Assembly (NCBI GenBank): GCA_050250435.1
Contig: JBFWOR010000005.1
Span: 170,300-234,299, forward strand
Source: Pirellulales bacterium
Lineage (GTDB): Bacteria; Planctomycetota; Planctomycetia; Pirellulales; PALSA-1355
Reading direction: 5' to 3'
DNA length: 64,000 bases
Position 1 is the first letter of the stretch; each line of letters starts with the position of its first letter. Made by a program: the position numbers and the translations under genes. Of this stretch, positions 45,470-57,436 are shown piece after piece. The notes below the pieces were generated by a model. It was not told where the DNA came from. It worked only from the letters and a program-made list of their open reading frames with translations, and made no database searches.

Positions 45470-47158
45470 CTACGACGATTCCGCCCCTGCCGCCAAATTC
45501 TTCAAATCGCCGATCCGCGCTTGCAGGATCTCGGTCTGCCGTTCGAGGGAGTTGCGCGTTTTGCGCACGCGCTCCAGCACCTTTTCCGCGCCGTTCTTGA
45601 TCGTTTCGGCCGAGGTACTCACTTCGCCCAGCAGCTGCGATTGCTTTTCGATTTCCAGCACGGCCTTGGTGATGGCCTCGAAATCGGCGTCTTGCGACTG
45701 GCTGAGCTGCTCCACGCGGATGCACAGCGCCCGGGCCAGCGTGAGCCCGATCTTCAAGTGCAAACTGGTGGCCGGATCTTCCGCATCCCAAATGACGAAC
45801 ACGTCGTTGCCCAGGCGAAACACGTCGTCGATGCCCGCCGGCGCCGTGCGCCGCGAGAACACGAAGAGCCCCGTCTGCGCCCCGCGATTCTCCCGGGCCG
45901 ATTCGATTTCAGCGCGTGCTTCGGCCAGCGAAAAGCCGGCGCTTTCCTTGGCTTCCACCACCACTTTTGCTCCGGCTGCCGCGCAATCGGGCCCCAGCTC
46001 GACCACGCAGTCTCCCTTCTTGCAGTTCTTGATCAGGCCCGTGGTCTGGCCCGTGCGCGTGGCCAGATCGCCCGTTTGCTGCGCATGAAACTCCAGATAC
46101 GCGCACACGGCGTCTTCGAACGTCAGGCCGTGCCGCGTCGAGCGCTCCGCCTCTTCGCGCCGCGCGATCATGCTGCCCAGCGCCACCTTCACTTCTTCCT
46201 GGAACGACTTGTTCGATTCGCCATGGGCCTCGAGAATGGTAAACAATTCGCGACGCAGCCGCGCCAGTGACGACGTCTCGTTGTCCAACGTCAGGTTGCC
46301 GTCGATCGCCGCTCGCGTGTCGCGCAGCATCACGCTCATGCGCGAGAGGGCCGATGCTTCGTCGTCGAGCGAGAACTCGCGGGTAATCGTTTTCTGCGCC
46401 CGATCCACGTTGCGCACCAGCCGCGAGAGCGCCGAGTCTTCCTTATCCAGCGAGAACTCGACCACCACGGTGTCGATTTTCTTTTCCAACGCCTCCGTCA
46501 ATTGGCCGTGACTGCTGGTCAACTCGCCGATCATGCGCGCCAGCGCGCCTTCCTTGTTGTCGAGCGAAAACTCGCGCAGCACGTGCGCCCGCTGGGCCTC
46601 GAGCTGCGTATCGAGCGTGTTGGCCAGGGCCTTGAGCAAGCCCTGCGATTCGTCGGGGCTCAAGAGCTTCATCAGCGGGCTGGCCTGGCCGAAATGCGCA
46701 ACCAGCGTCTTGGCCAATTCAGAGTCGTCGCAGCCGATCTGCCGCCGCAGCAGCTGCTCGAGCTCGCCGTCGGGCCGCACGAGCTGTTGCACGCGCTCGT
46801 GAAACCGGCCGCTTTCGGGATCGAAGTATTCCTTCAGCGCGCCGGCCAGCCGTTCCTGCATTTGCGAGGCGTGGGCCGTTAACTGGCCTTCCAGGCCCGA
46901 GAGCATCCGCGAGGTTTCGCGCTGAATCAGGTCGGCGTCGATCCGACCGCGCGCCTGCCGCAGCGCCAACACGCCAATCCGCAGGGCACAGAGCGCAAAT
47001 GCCTCGCGATCCGCGCCGGGCGAAAACGTGGTCAGCTCGTCGATCGTCTCCCGATCGACGACTGTCAACTGCAGCGGCAGCGAATCGGTGGATTCCGGCT
47101 CGTCCGGCGAGAAGAGCGTGGGCGTCCTCGACGCATTGCGATCCGCGGCTGGGGCCAT
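45470..47158 (-). CDS. Hypothetical coiled-coil protein with four FSLD-type repeats and a PD-(D/E)XK-like core
   Basis: 562-aa ORF whose ATG 47158 is preceded by AAGGAG. Repeats are REFSLDNKEGALARM / VEFSLDKEDSALSRL / REFSLDDEASALSRM / GNLTLDNETSSLARL. They are followed by FEDAVCAYL...KKGDCVVELG...AKVVVEAKESAGFS...GLFVFS. Confidence 0.65.
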   Translation of the reverse strand: MAPAADRNASRTPTLFSPDEPESTDSLPLQLTVVDRETIDELTTFSPGADREAFALCALRIGVLALRQARGRIDADLIQRETSRMLSGLEGQLTAHASQMQERLAGALKEYFDPESGRFHERVQQLVRPDGELEQLLRRQIGCDDSELAKTLVAHFGQASPLMKLLSPDESQGLLKALANTLDTQLEAQRAHVLREFSLDNKEGALARMIGELTSSHGQLTEALEKKIDTVVVEFSLDKEDSALSRLVRNVDRAQKTITREFSLDDEASALSRMSVMLRDTRAAIDGNLTLDNETSSLARLRRELFTILEAHGESNKSFQEEVKVALGSMIARREEAERSTRHGLTFEDAVCAYLEFHAQQTGDLATRTGQTTGLIKNCKKGDCVVELGPDCAAAGAKVVVEAKESAGFSLAEARAEIESARENRGAQTGLFVFSRRTAPAGIDDVFRLGNDVFVIWDAEDPATSLHLKIGLTLARALCIRVEQLSQSQDADFEAITKAVLEIEKQSQLLGEVSTSAETIKNGAEKVLERVRKTRNSLERQTEILQARIGDLKNLAAGAESS

Positions 47159-47357
47159 GTGCGAACTCCTTTGTAGCGGCGACAGCGCTGGTTCGGCGAC
47201 CGTACCTGGTTGCGTCTCGCAAGCGGCCCGGCACGCGGGCCCGCCCGTGGGGCACTACCTAGATGAATGTACAGTCAATATGCCAATCCCCGCCGTGCTC
47301 ATCAAGGGAGCGACGACATTGGCTCGACGTGTTCGGCCTGGATTCTTCGAGAGCGGC

Positions 47358-49400
47358 CTACCACGGACGAATCGGATTCGCGTTGGAGGGCCGGTTAGGC
47401 TTTTTAGGCAAGGTGCGCGGGCGACGCTGCGGCTGTTGTTCGCCGGTTGGCTCGCCCGACTTGTCGAACGGATTGAGGTTCGAGGGATTCAATTGCGGCG
47501 GCCAGAACGAACGCTTGGGCGACGTGGTCGGAGGTTCGGCGCCGATCGCGTCGGCATAGGGAGCCGCGTTGCCGCCTCGTCCGGCCGGCGCGCCGCGTTC
47601 GGCCGCGGGCTCCGTCAGTTGGGCCTCCGGGAAACTCGCGTGGCCGGGATCTTCCACCGGCAGTTCCGCAGTCGCTTGCTGCACCTCGTCCAATTTGCCC
47701 TCAGCCGCGGCCTGTTTGCGACGTTCGCCGCCGGCCACCATCTCTTGCCGCGAGACTTCGCGGTAGGCCAGGTCGCGTTGATACAGGGCCATCCGCTTTT
47801 CGGCGGCCACGAGCTGGTCGCGCGGCACGGCCGCGATGGCCCGTTCCTGCGATTCTTTGGCTTCCGTGAACATGCCGGAGTTGGCTTGCGCCGCGGCCAG
47901 CGTTTCCAGCGTGCGGTGATTATCGCCATCCAGCTCGACCGCCTTGTTGGCCGCTTCTAACGCCAGCTCGTTGTTGCGGTAGTGTTCGTCGGGACAGGTA
48001 GCCATCAGCCACGCCGCGGCTTGATAAGCGCGGCCCAGGTTCGGGTCCGCGTCGATGGCGGCGCGGTAGTCGGCGGCCGCGTCGGCATATCGGCCCACGT
48101 CCAGATACGCATCGCCGCGATTTACGAGCGCCGGAGCATGCTGTGGATCGATTTGCAAAGCGCGGCTGTATTCGCGCAGCGCGTCGCCGAACCGTCGCAG
48201 CCGATAGAACGCGTGACCGCGACTGCTGAACATGGCGGCGTCCGGCGGACCGAGATCGATGGCCGCGGTGTAATGTCCAATGGCCTCCTCGAACTTGCCC
48301 TGCTGGTAGCGCAGCTCACCCAGGTTGAAATGGGCGTTGGCATATTTGGGGTTCAAGGCAATGGTCCGCTCGAAGTCGGCAATCGCCTCGTCCACGCGGT
48401 TCATGCTGGCGTAGCTCACACCCCGGTTGTGAACCGCCCGCCACGATTGCGGGTTCAACTCTGCCGACGCTTCGAAATCGGCCAGGGCTTCTTGCTCGCG
48501 CGCTTCGCCGACGCGCGCCTCGCCGCGGCGGTTGTACGCCCAGCTCATCAATTGCCGCGCGTACTGCGCGTGATTGGTTTTCAGGCCTTCGTCGTTGGCG
48601 CGGCGGCAGAGATCGATAATCGTCGAGTAGTCAGAGTCCGTCGCGGCCGTCTTGCTCTTGGCATACGCCGCTTCGAGCAACGCCTTGCCCGGCGCCGCCG
48701 TCGATGCGGCTGTCGATGCGGTCGCCGGGGCAGTGGTTGCCCCAGCAGCAGCCGCTGCCGCAGCAGCCGGGTCCGGGTCTTGCGCAGCACTTGGGTCGTC
48801 TGCGGCAGTCTCGGTTGCCTGATTTTCATTCACCGCGCCGACCGCCTCTGTGGCCGGTTCGAGATGCTGCGCATGCCGCACGCCGGGCGTGCGGAATCGC
48901 GGCTGAAAATTCGCCTTGGGTTCGAGCGTTGTGGCCGGCAAGCGCTGCACGGCTTGCGGGGGCCGCGTGCGGCGCGGCGGCTGGATCACAATGTCAGAAT
49001 CGCTCTCGGCGCCCGCCACGGGCTCGACGCCGTCGGCCTGCACTGCGCCGCCTTCGGCCTCGGCATTGTCCGCGGGTAAATCCTGGCCACCGGTGTCGAT
49101 CGCCGGATGAGCGACCGGGCGACGCGCCGGGGCAGCGTTTGCCGCCGCGCTTCCACCGCGTTTGGCCGGAAGCGCTGCCGCGGGTTCCTCGTCCTCTTGG
49201 AACGGCACGACTTTCAGCGTGTTGCCGCGCCCAGGGCCGACTTCCAGCCGCACGCGGTTATCGTCGCTGATGTGCTTGGTTTCCAAGCGGATGGGATTCT
49301 GTGGCGCTTCGTCGGCGGCCAACCGCGGCGCGGCGCGGCCGGCGACGGTGATCGCAATCACGAGCGCGGCCAGCAAAAGGCCCGAGCGAATATCTTTCAT
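47358..49400 (-). CDS. Exported tetratricopeptide-repeat (TPR) protein
   Basis: The ORF is 47358..49478. ATG 49400 is preceded by GGAGG, and the signal peptide is MKDIRSGLLLAALVIAITVAGRAA. There are at least 7 TPR units (e.g. AHFNLGELRYQQGKFEEAIGHYTAAIDLGP) and an Ala/Thr/Pro-rich linker. Confidence 0.8.
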   Translation of the reverse strand: MKDIRSGLLLAALVIAITVAGRAAPRLAADEAPQNPIRLETKHISDDNRVRLEVGPGRGNTLKVVPFQEDEEPAAALPAKRGGSAAANAAPARRPVAHPAIDTGGQDLPADNAEAEGGAVQADGVEPVAGAESDSDIVIQPPRRTRPPQAVQRLPATTLEPKANFQPRFRTPGVRHAQHLEPATEAVGAVNENQATETAADDPSAAQDPDPAAAAAAAAGATTAPATASTAASTAAPGKALLEAAYAKSKTAATDSDYSTIIDLCRRANDEGLKTNHAQYARQLMSWAYNRRGEARVGEAREQEALADFEASAELNPQSWRAVHNRGVSYASMNRVDEAIADFERTIALNPKYANAHFNLGELRYQQGKFEEAIGHYTAAIDLGPPDAAMFSSRGHAFYRLRRFGDALREYSRALQIDPQHAPALVNRGDAYLDVGRYADAAADYRAAIDADPNLGRAYQAAAWLMATCPDEHYRNNELALEAANKAVELDGDNHRTLETLAAAQANSGMFTEAKESQERAIAAVPRDQLVAAEKRMALYQRDLAYREVSRQEMVAGGERRKQAAAEGKLDEVQQATAELPVEDPGHASFPEAQLTEPAAERGAPAGRGGNAAPYADAIGAEPPTTSPKRSFWPPQLNPSNLNPFDKSGEPTGEQQPQRRPRTLPKKPNRPSNANPIRPW

Positions 49401-49474
49401 CGTGAACCTCCTTGTTCGCGAGAATCGACGTCGTTGTTTCGAGTGTGGCGGCGGTGCCGCGCACTTGGCAGCCG

Positions 49475-50896
49475 TCAATGCGGCTCGGTCATGCTCCGCG
49501 GGTCGAGTGCTTCGTCGAGCACTTTGTCGGGCAGAATCTTTTGTTCACGCACCAGCTCGCGGATCGTCTTGCCTGACTTGAAGGCCTCTTTGGCCAGAGC
49601 AGCGGCCCGCTCGTACCCAAGGTGCGGATTCAGGCTCGTCACCATGGCCAGGCTGCCCTCGACCGACGCTGCGCAGGCCTCGGCATTCGCTTCCATCTCC
49701 AGGGCGCAAAAATCGACAAACGCACGGGCCGAGCTGGCCAACAACCGGCAGCTTTCCAACGCCGCCAGCCCCATCACCGGCATCATGATGTTGAGCTCGA
49801 AATTTCCGCCGGTGGCGCCGGAGAACGCGATCGTCTGGTCGTTGCCCATCACGTACGCGCACACTTGCATCATGCTTTCGCACATCACCGGGTTGACCTT
49901 GCCCGGCATGATCGACGAGCCCGGTTGGCGATCCGGCAATTTGACTTCATAGAACCCGCAGCGTGGGCCGCTGCCCAGCCAGCGAATATTGTTGGCCAGC
50001 GAAAACAGCGACACGGCAATGGCCCGCAAGTCGCCGCTGCACTCGACCAGACCATCGCGATTGGCGTTGGCTTCGAAATGGTTGACCGCTTCGACAAACG
50101 GCACGCCGGTTTCGCGAGCCAGCGCCTCTGCCACCAGGGCCCCGAAACGCGGATGCGTGTTAATTCCCGTGCCGACCGCGGTGCCGCCGGCCGGCAGCTC
50201 GCACACGGCGTTCAGCGCCCGCTGCGCGCGCTCGACCGAGAGCGCTAGCTGCCGTGCGTAGCCGCTGAATTCCTGCCCCAGGCGGATGGGAGTCGCGTCT
50301 GCCAGGTGCGTGCGGCCGATCTTGATGATTTCGTCCCACTGGCGCGCCTTGTCGGCGAGCACATCGCTCAGCCGCGCCAGCGCGGGGATCAGTTCCTTCT
50401 GAATCGACACGGCCACGGCTACGTGAATGGCCGTGGGGAACATATCGTTGGTGCTCTGACCCATGTTGACGTGATCGTTCGGATGGATCGGTTTATCGGG
50501 ACGAAACCGATCTCCTCCCGTCAGCTCGATAGCCCGATTGGCAATCACCTCGTTCGCGTTCATGTTGCTGGAGGTGCCGGAACCGGTTTGAAACACGTCG
50601 ATGGGAAACTGATCGTCGAACTTGCCGGCCGCCACTTCGCGGCTGGCCGTCAGCAGCGCCTGCACTTGCTCGGCTGAAAGCGGGTTCTTGCCGCTGCCGG
50701 TGAGCTTGCCCAACTCGTGATTGGCGGTGGCAGCCGCCAGCTTGACCAGACCCAGGGCATGGATCAGCGCTGCCGGCAAAGGCCAGCCGGAAATTGGAAA
50801 GTTCTCACGCGCGCGCTCAGTCTGCGCGCCGTAATATGCCTGGGCGGGCACGCGCACCTCGCCCATGGAATCTCGCTCGATGCGAAACTCGCTCAT
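49475..50896 (-). CDS. fumC: Class II fumarate hydratase (fumarase/aspartase superfamily)
   Basis: ORF 49475..51136 was trimmed to ATG 50896 (MSEFRIERDSMGEVRVPAQAYYGAQT). It has FQTGSGTSSNMNANEVIANRA and the signature GSSIMPGKVNPV. TGSGT favours fumarase, but ENFPISG is aspartase-like, so the subfamily is uncertain. Confidence 0.8.
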   Translation of the reverse strand: MSEFRIERDSMGEVRVPAQAYYGAQTERARENFPISGWPLPAALIHALGLVKLAAATANHELGKLTGSGKNPLSAEQVQALLTASREVAAGKFDDQFPIDVFQTGSGTSSNMNANEVIANRAIELTGGDRFRPDKPIHPNDHVNMGQSTNDMFPTAIHVAVAVSIQKELIPALARLSDVLADKARQWDEIIKIGRTHLADATPIRLGQEFSGYARQLALSVERAQRALNAVCELPAGGTAVGTGINTHPRFGALVAEALARETGVPFVEAVNHFEANANRDGLVECSGDLRAIAVSLFSLANNIRWLGSGPRCGFYEVKLPDRQPGSSIMPGKVNPVMCESMMQVCAYVMGNDQTIAFSGATGGNFELNIMMPVMGLAALESCRLLASSARAFVDFCALEMEANAEACAASVEGSLAMVTSLNPHLGYERAAALAKEAFKSGKTIRELVREQKILPDKVLDEALDPRSMTEPH

Positions 50897-51342
50897 CGGT
50901 GTCTCGCGACGGATCGTAAGCTGTCGGCGTGGCTGCTGGCATCCTGCCGCTGCCCAACCAACTCTGCGTCCGTAGGAAAGGTCATTTCGTTCGGTCCGGG
51001 ACCGGGTAATCATACCGGCTGGCCCTGGTTTCACAAAGGCCGGAGGAGCACTGGAAAACCCGTGTTTTGCCGACAAAATGCCGTCTGCCGCGGGGCTTAG
51101 CGACGGCTGCGGCACGCGCGCCGCGCAGCTGAGCACGGCGCGACATTTCTCGATTGTCGCGGGCAGTCAGCGCCCCTAAACTTACACGCGGCGGACAGAT
51201 CCTGCCTCCAATCGCGCGCACGGCGTCCGACAACGCGGCATCGCGCGATTCCCACGGGCGTCGCGTCCGCCACTGCGTGTGCCCCGTCCACCCCCGTGTC
51301 GGCGCCCGCCGCACGCCGCCGCAGAACGTCAACCGCGCTCTC

Positions 51343-52179
51343 ATGCCTCCATCCGCGGGCCATCACGAGTTCGACAAGCTCATCGCCGGGCAAACCGAGA
51401 TCGATCTCGTGCACTTGATGCTCGAGTTCGCCGCTGACGCCTATCCCAAGCTGGACCGCGTGGGCTGTCTGTTGGAAATCGACCATTTAGGGGTGGCTTG
51501 CGCGAACCAGCGCGCCGCCGACTGCCGGCTGCGAACCCCAGACCGGCTGTCGACCATCAGCCGCGTGCTATACGAGACCGAAGGTTTCCACGGTAATCGC
51601 GACGACTATTACGACCCGCGGAACAGCTATTTGAATGAGGTGTTGGCGCGCCGCTGCGGCATTCCCATCTCGCTGGGGCTGCTTTATATGGCCGTAGCCG
51701 CCCGCGCGGGCGTGCGGATGTTCGGCGTGAACACGCCGGCCCATTTTGTGATTGGCTGTTGCGATGCCGGACAAGCCTGGTATGTGGACCCGTTTTCCGG
51801 CGGCGAGATCATGGACCGCGACACTTGCCGCGCGCGTGTGGAACAGATGGCCGGCAAGGCAGGCGTGGTGTGCGAAAGTCATTTTCGCCCGGCGACTCCG
51901 CTGGAAATCGCGGCCCGCGTGTTGCGAAACCTCAAGGCGGCTTACGCCATGCAGGATTGCTGGCCGTCTGTGCTGACGGTGCAGCACCGCCTGACCAGGC
52001 TGTTGCCGCAATCGTGCGACGAATTGCGCGATCTCGGTCTGGTTTACTTGCGCGTGGGCGATGCCGGCCGGGCACTGTCGCTCTTGGAACCTTACGCGGC
52101 CCATTGCCCGCCTGAGCAGGCCGAGGCACTCAAACCCTCTTTGCAGGCCGCGCGGCGCATGCTCGCCGAGCGCAACTGA
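51343..52179 (+). CDS. SirB1/YchA-like protein (transglutaminase-like N-domain + TPR-like C-domain)
   Basis: ORF 51154..52179 was trimmed to ATG 51343. It contains YYDPRNSYLNEVLARRCGIPISLGLLYMAVAARAGVRMFGVNTPAHFVI, the hallmark block of this family as I recall it. Confidence 0.65.
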   Translation: MPPSAGHHEFDKLIAGQTEIDLVHLMLEFAADAYPKLDRVGCLLEIDHLGVACANQRAADCRLRTPDRLSTISRVLYETEGFHGNRDDYYDPRNSYLNEVLARRCGIPISLGLLYMAVAARAGVRMFGVNTPAHFVIGCCDAGQAWYVDPFSGGEIMDRDTCRARVEQMAGKAGVVCESHFRPATPLEIAARVLRNLKAAYAMQDCWPSVLTVQHRLTRLLPQSCDELRDLGLVYLRVGDAGRALSLLEPYAAHCPPEQAEALKPSLQAARRMLAERN

Positions 52180-52214
52180 CGCCCCACGCAAGCCTGGCGG
52201 CAAGGAAGCCGACA

Positions 52215-53606
52215 ATGTCTCGTTCAGCAATGCGTGAGGTGCCCATCGCGCAGGCTGTCGCGCTCGCACCCTGCACGCCGCAGATTTCCCTGGCACGATG
52301 GGATTGGCGCGGCCGGACCGTGACGATCATGGGCCTCGGCCGCCACGGCGGCGGAGCGGCGGCGGCCAGATTTCTGGCCCAGCGCGGCGCACGCGTCACG
52401 ATCAGCGACGTGGCGGATGCGGATGCTCTTGCCGGATCGCTCGCCGAAGTCGGCGACGTGCCGCTGGCGGCCCTGCACTTGGGCGGACATCAGCCAGCGG
52501 ATTTCCAATGCGATGCGCTCGTGGTTAACCCGGCCGTGCGGCCCGATCATCCGGGCCTGCAGATCGCACGATCTGCCGGGGCACGGCTCGTCTCCGAGAC
52601 TGAGCTGTTCCTGGCGCACTGCCCGGCGCAAGTGGTTGGCGTGAGCGGCAGCAACGGCAAATCGACGACGTGCGGCATGCTGCAGGCGATTCTCCAGGCC
52701 GGCGGCCGGCGAACCTGGCTTGGCGGCAACATTGGCAACAGCCTGCTAGGCGATCTGGAACGCATGCGGCAGGACGATCTGGTGGTGCTGGAAATGAGCA
52801 GCTTTCAACTGGCTCACCTAAGTGTCGACGCCGCCTGGCCGCGCTGGTCGATCATTACCAATTGCACGCCGAATCATCTCGATTGGCACGGCTCGTTTCC
52901 CGCCTACGCCCAGGCCAAATGCCGCTTGCTCGACGATTCTCGCAGCACGGCGGGCATCGTGCTGGGCGGGAACGACGGGACAACCACTGCCTGGCGAGCC
53001 CTGGCTGGTCGGCGGGCCGTCGATCCCTGGCCGCTGAATCGCGTGCCGCAGCTGGTTGTGCCCGGCGAGCACAACCGGCGCAATGCGGCCAGTGCCGCGG
53101 CGATGGCGGAATGTCACGGCGTTGACGCGACTGCCATTTGCCAGACCTTGGCCTCCTTCGCCGGTTTGCCACATCGCCTGCAATATGTCGGTCAAGTTGC
53201 CGGCCGGTCGTTCTATAACGATTCGAAGTCGACGACGCCCCAAGCCGCCATCGCGGCGTTGGCCGCACTTGAGCAACCCTGCTGGCTCCTGGCCGGCGGA
53301 GTTTCCAAAGGCGCCGACTTTGCAGACCTGGCTTGCACGATCGCCGCACGCGCACGCGGCGTCGCGCTGTTCGGCGCGGCGCGGCCGGAGCTGGCCGCAG
53401 CGATCCGCGCGCAATCGTCATCACTTCCGATGATCGTCCAGGAACACCTGGCCGATGCGCTCGACGCGTGCTGGGCAGAGTCGCACCCACGCGAGGCAAT
53501 CCTGCTTTCGCCGGCTTGCGCGAGTCACGATCAGTTCGCCGACTATCGAGCGCGCGGCGCCGCTTTCTGCGCGCTGGCCGCGCAGCGGGGCGCGCGTTTG
53601 GGGTGA
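52215..53606 (+). CDS. murD: UDP-N-acetylmuramoylalanine--D-glutamate ligase
   Basis: 463-aa ORF with SD AAGGAAG upstream. It has a Rossmann N-terminus (VTIMGLGRHGGGAAAARFLAQRGARVTISD), P-loop GVSGSNGKSTT, and C-terminal NDSKSTTP. Confidence 0.9.
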   Translation: MSRSAMREVPIAQAVALAPCTPQISLARWDWRGRTVTIMGLGRHGGGAAAARFLAQRGARVTISDVADADALAGSLAEVGDVPLAALHLGGHQPADFQCDALVVNPAVRPDHPGLQIARSAGARLVSETELFLAHCPAQVVGVSGSNGKSTTCGMLQAILQAGGRRTWLGGNIGNSLLGDLERMRQDDLVVLEMSSFQLAHLSVDAAWPRWSIITNCTPNHLDWHGSFPAYAQAKCRLLDDSRSTAGIVLGGNDGTTTAWRALAGRRAVDPWPLNRVPQLVVPGEHNRRNAASAAAMAECHGVDATAICQTLASFAGLPHRLQYVGQVAGRSFYNDSKSTTPQAAIAALAALEQPCWLLAGGVSKGADFADLACTIAARARGVALFGAARPELAAAIRAQSSSLPMIVQEHLADALDACWAESHPREAILLSPACASHDQFADYRARGAAFCALAAQRGARLG

Positions 53607-53864
53607 AGGTTCTCCGCGCGGGTGCACCACAGCTGTCCGCCGCCTTGCCAGCCTGCTAGGGCCGCGTTAGATTGATGCCGTTGCAACTGACCAGGCGGGT
53701 CAGAGTCAACAAACCTCGAGGTCGACGGCTGTGAGGTTTCCTTGGCGGAGGCCATAGCGGCGCTGGGAGTCGTCCCTCGGGGTCTTTTTATCGCGCCGCG
53801 TGGGGGTGCGCCGCCGCTCGCCGCCCAGCTCCGGCCTCGTGCCGCGTCGCACACAGCGAGTTCC

Positions 53865-54191
53865 ATGGCAAAGACGCGCGAGCCCGTTAATCCGTTCTAC
53901 GTGGTGCTGGTGATCATCGGCGTCGTGTTCCTGGTCACCGCCTGCGCGTACGGCGTGATGGCTTATCGGGCCATTTCGCCGCTGGCTGCACGGGACGTGG
54001 AACGGCATCCCCTGACCTCCCTGCTCGATACCCACGGGGTCAAAATCCTCAGCGGCGAACTGGCACTGCTCGCGGTGGCCAGTTTTGCCGCCATGGGGCT
54101 CGACCGCCTGCGCGACAGTCGCCGCGTTGCCGATCCCGCGCCGTCGAAAGTGGCCGAAAATGGCCATGGGCCGCCGCCGCGCATCGAGTAG
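53865..54191 (+). CDS. Small membrane protein, hypothetical
   Basis: This is ATG 53865 within ORF 53742..54191. The sequence is MAKTREPVNPFYVVLVIIGVVFLVTACAYGVMAY...ELALLAVASFAAMGL, with two hydrophobic segments. Confidence 0.45.
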   Translation: MAKTREPVNPFYVVLVIIGVVFLVTACAYGVMAYRAISPLAARDVERHPLTSLLDTHGVKILSGELALLAVASFAAMGLDRLRDSRRVADPAPSKVAENGHGPPPRIE

Positions 54192-54299
54192 GATTCTGTT
54201 GCCGCACAGGTAGAATTGTCGTAACGGGCGGCAGCGGGCCGGCTCGTTTGTTGTCCGAAAAGTGGCCTGGCGGCGGTTCGTTTCCTGGGAGAGCTGAGA

Positions 54300-56707
<2,408 letters not shown>

Positions 56708-56890
56708 GATTGGAACGACTGCGATGCGGCCCCCTCCGGAGAGTTATCGGGATACAAGCGGGATTTCCCCAGGGAATGACCGCCCCAAAGCCGGCTTGTG
56801 GCGGCTCGGACCGGTCGCTACCCTATCGCCCCGCTCGTAGCCGCTGGCCCAGCGCTTTGAACCGTCGCCAGCCGAAATGCGTATAATGCA

Positions 56891-57328
56891 ATGATGAACA
56901 TTGCGGCAACTTTAGCGACCTGGCTCTGTATGGCACTGGTGGCCATGCCGATGACTCCTTGCGCGCTGTTGCCGCGCGTCTGCGTGCTGGCGTTTCCCGC
57001 AACAACGTCAGACGCCAACGCTGAGACCTCGGGTGATCAGACCCCCGTGGCTCATTCCTGTTGCCGCGAAGCGGCGCCGCGCTGTGATCTGGCCGAAGGC
57101 GATGCCCAAACGCATCCTCAGCCGGACAAACCCTGCCCGCGCGGCTGCTGCCGGCTGGTGCCCATTGCACCAACGGTGGACAAGGTGGTCGTGGCGCATT
57201 CGCCCCTGGTGACGGACTATGTGCCGTGCCTGGCGGATGCCGTCGGCGAATGGAATCTCGCACCGGCGCAGGAGCCGCAGCTAGCGGCCGAGACGTTGCA
57301 CGCTCTCTCCTGCCTGTGGCGTTGCTGA
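56891..57328 (+). CDS. Small exported/anchored Cys-containing protein, hypothetical
   Basis: 145-aa ORF with a hydrophobic N-terminus MMNIAATLATWLCMALVAMPM. It has 12 Cys including HSCC and PRGCC, and the C-terminus is LHALSCLWRC. It lies directly upstream of the CC-doublet protein on the same strand. Confidence 0.45.
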   Translation: MMNIAATLATWLCMALVAMPMTPCALLPRVCVLAFPATTSDANAETSGDQTPVAHSCCREAAPRCDLAEGDAQTHPQPDKPCPRGCCRLVPIAPTVDKVVVAHSPLVTDYVPCLADAVGEWNLAPAQEPQLAAETLHALSCLWRC

Positions 57329-57436
57329 TCGCTACGCGCTCTTGATCTGTGCCATGCTGCGCGCAGATTTCCGGGCGCCGAGCAGACGAACGTCGTGATT
57401 CAAAGTTTTGAGTTTCATCAGGCAAGGAGACTGTAC

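Noticed and set aside
48650-48800. Apparent GC-rich nucleotide repeats (GCAGCAGCC / GCGGCTGTCGATGCGG)
   Set aside because: They are in frame within the TPR protein and encode an Ala/Thr/Pro-rich linker (AAAAAAAGATTAPATASTAASTAAPG). This is coding low complexity, not an independent repeat element.
49475-50896. Calling this gene aspartate ammonia-lyase (aspA)
   Set aside because: ENFPISG and YYGAQT are aspartase-like, but the TGSGTSSNMN block matches fumarase (aspartases have GGAGTS as I recall). The fumC call is kept, with subfamily uncertainty, and a phylogeny is needed.
50897-51136. 80-codon N-terminal extension of the fumarase ORF
   Set aside because: Fumarase/aspartase homology starts exactly at MSEFRIERD (ATG 50896). 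The extension has no homologous counterpart.
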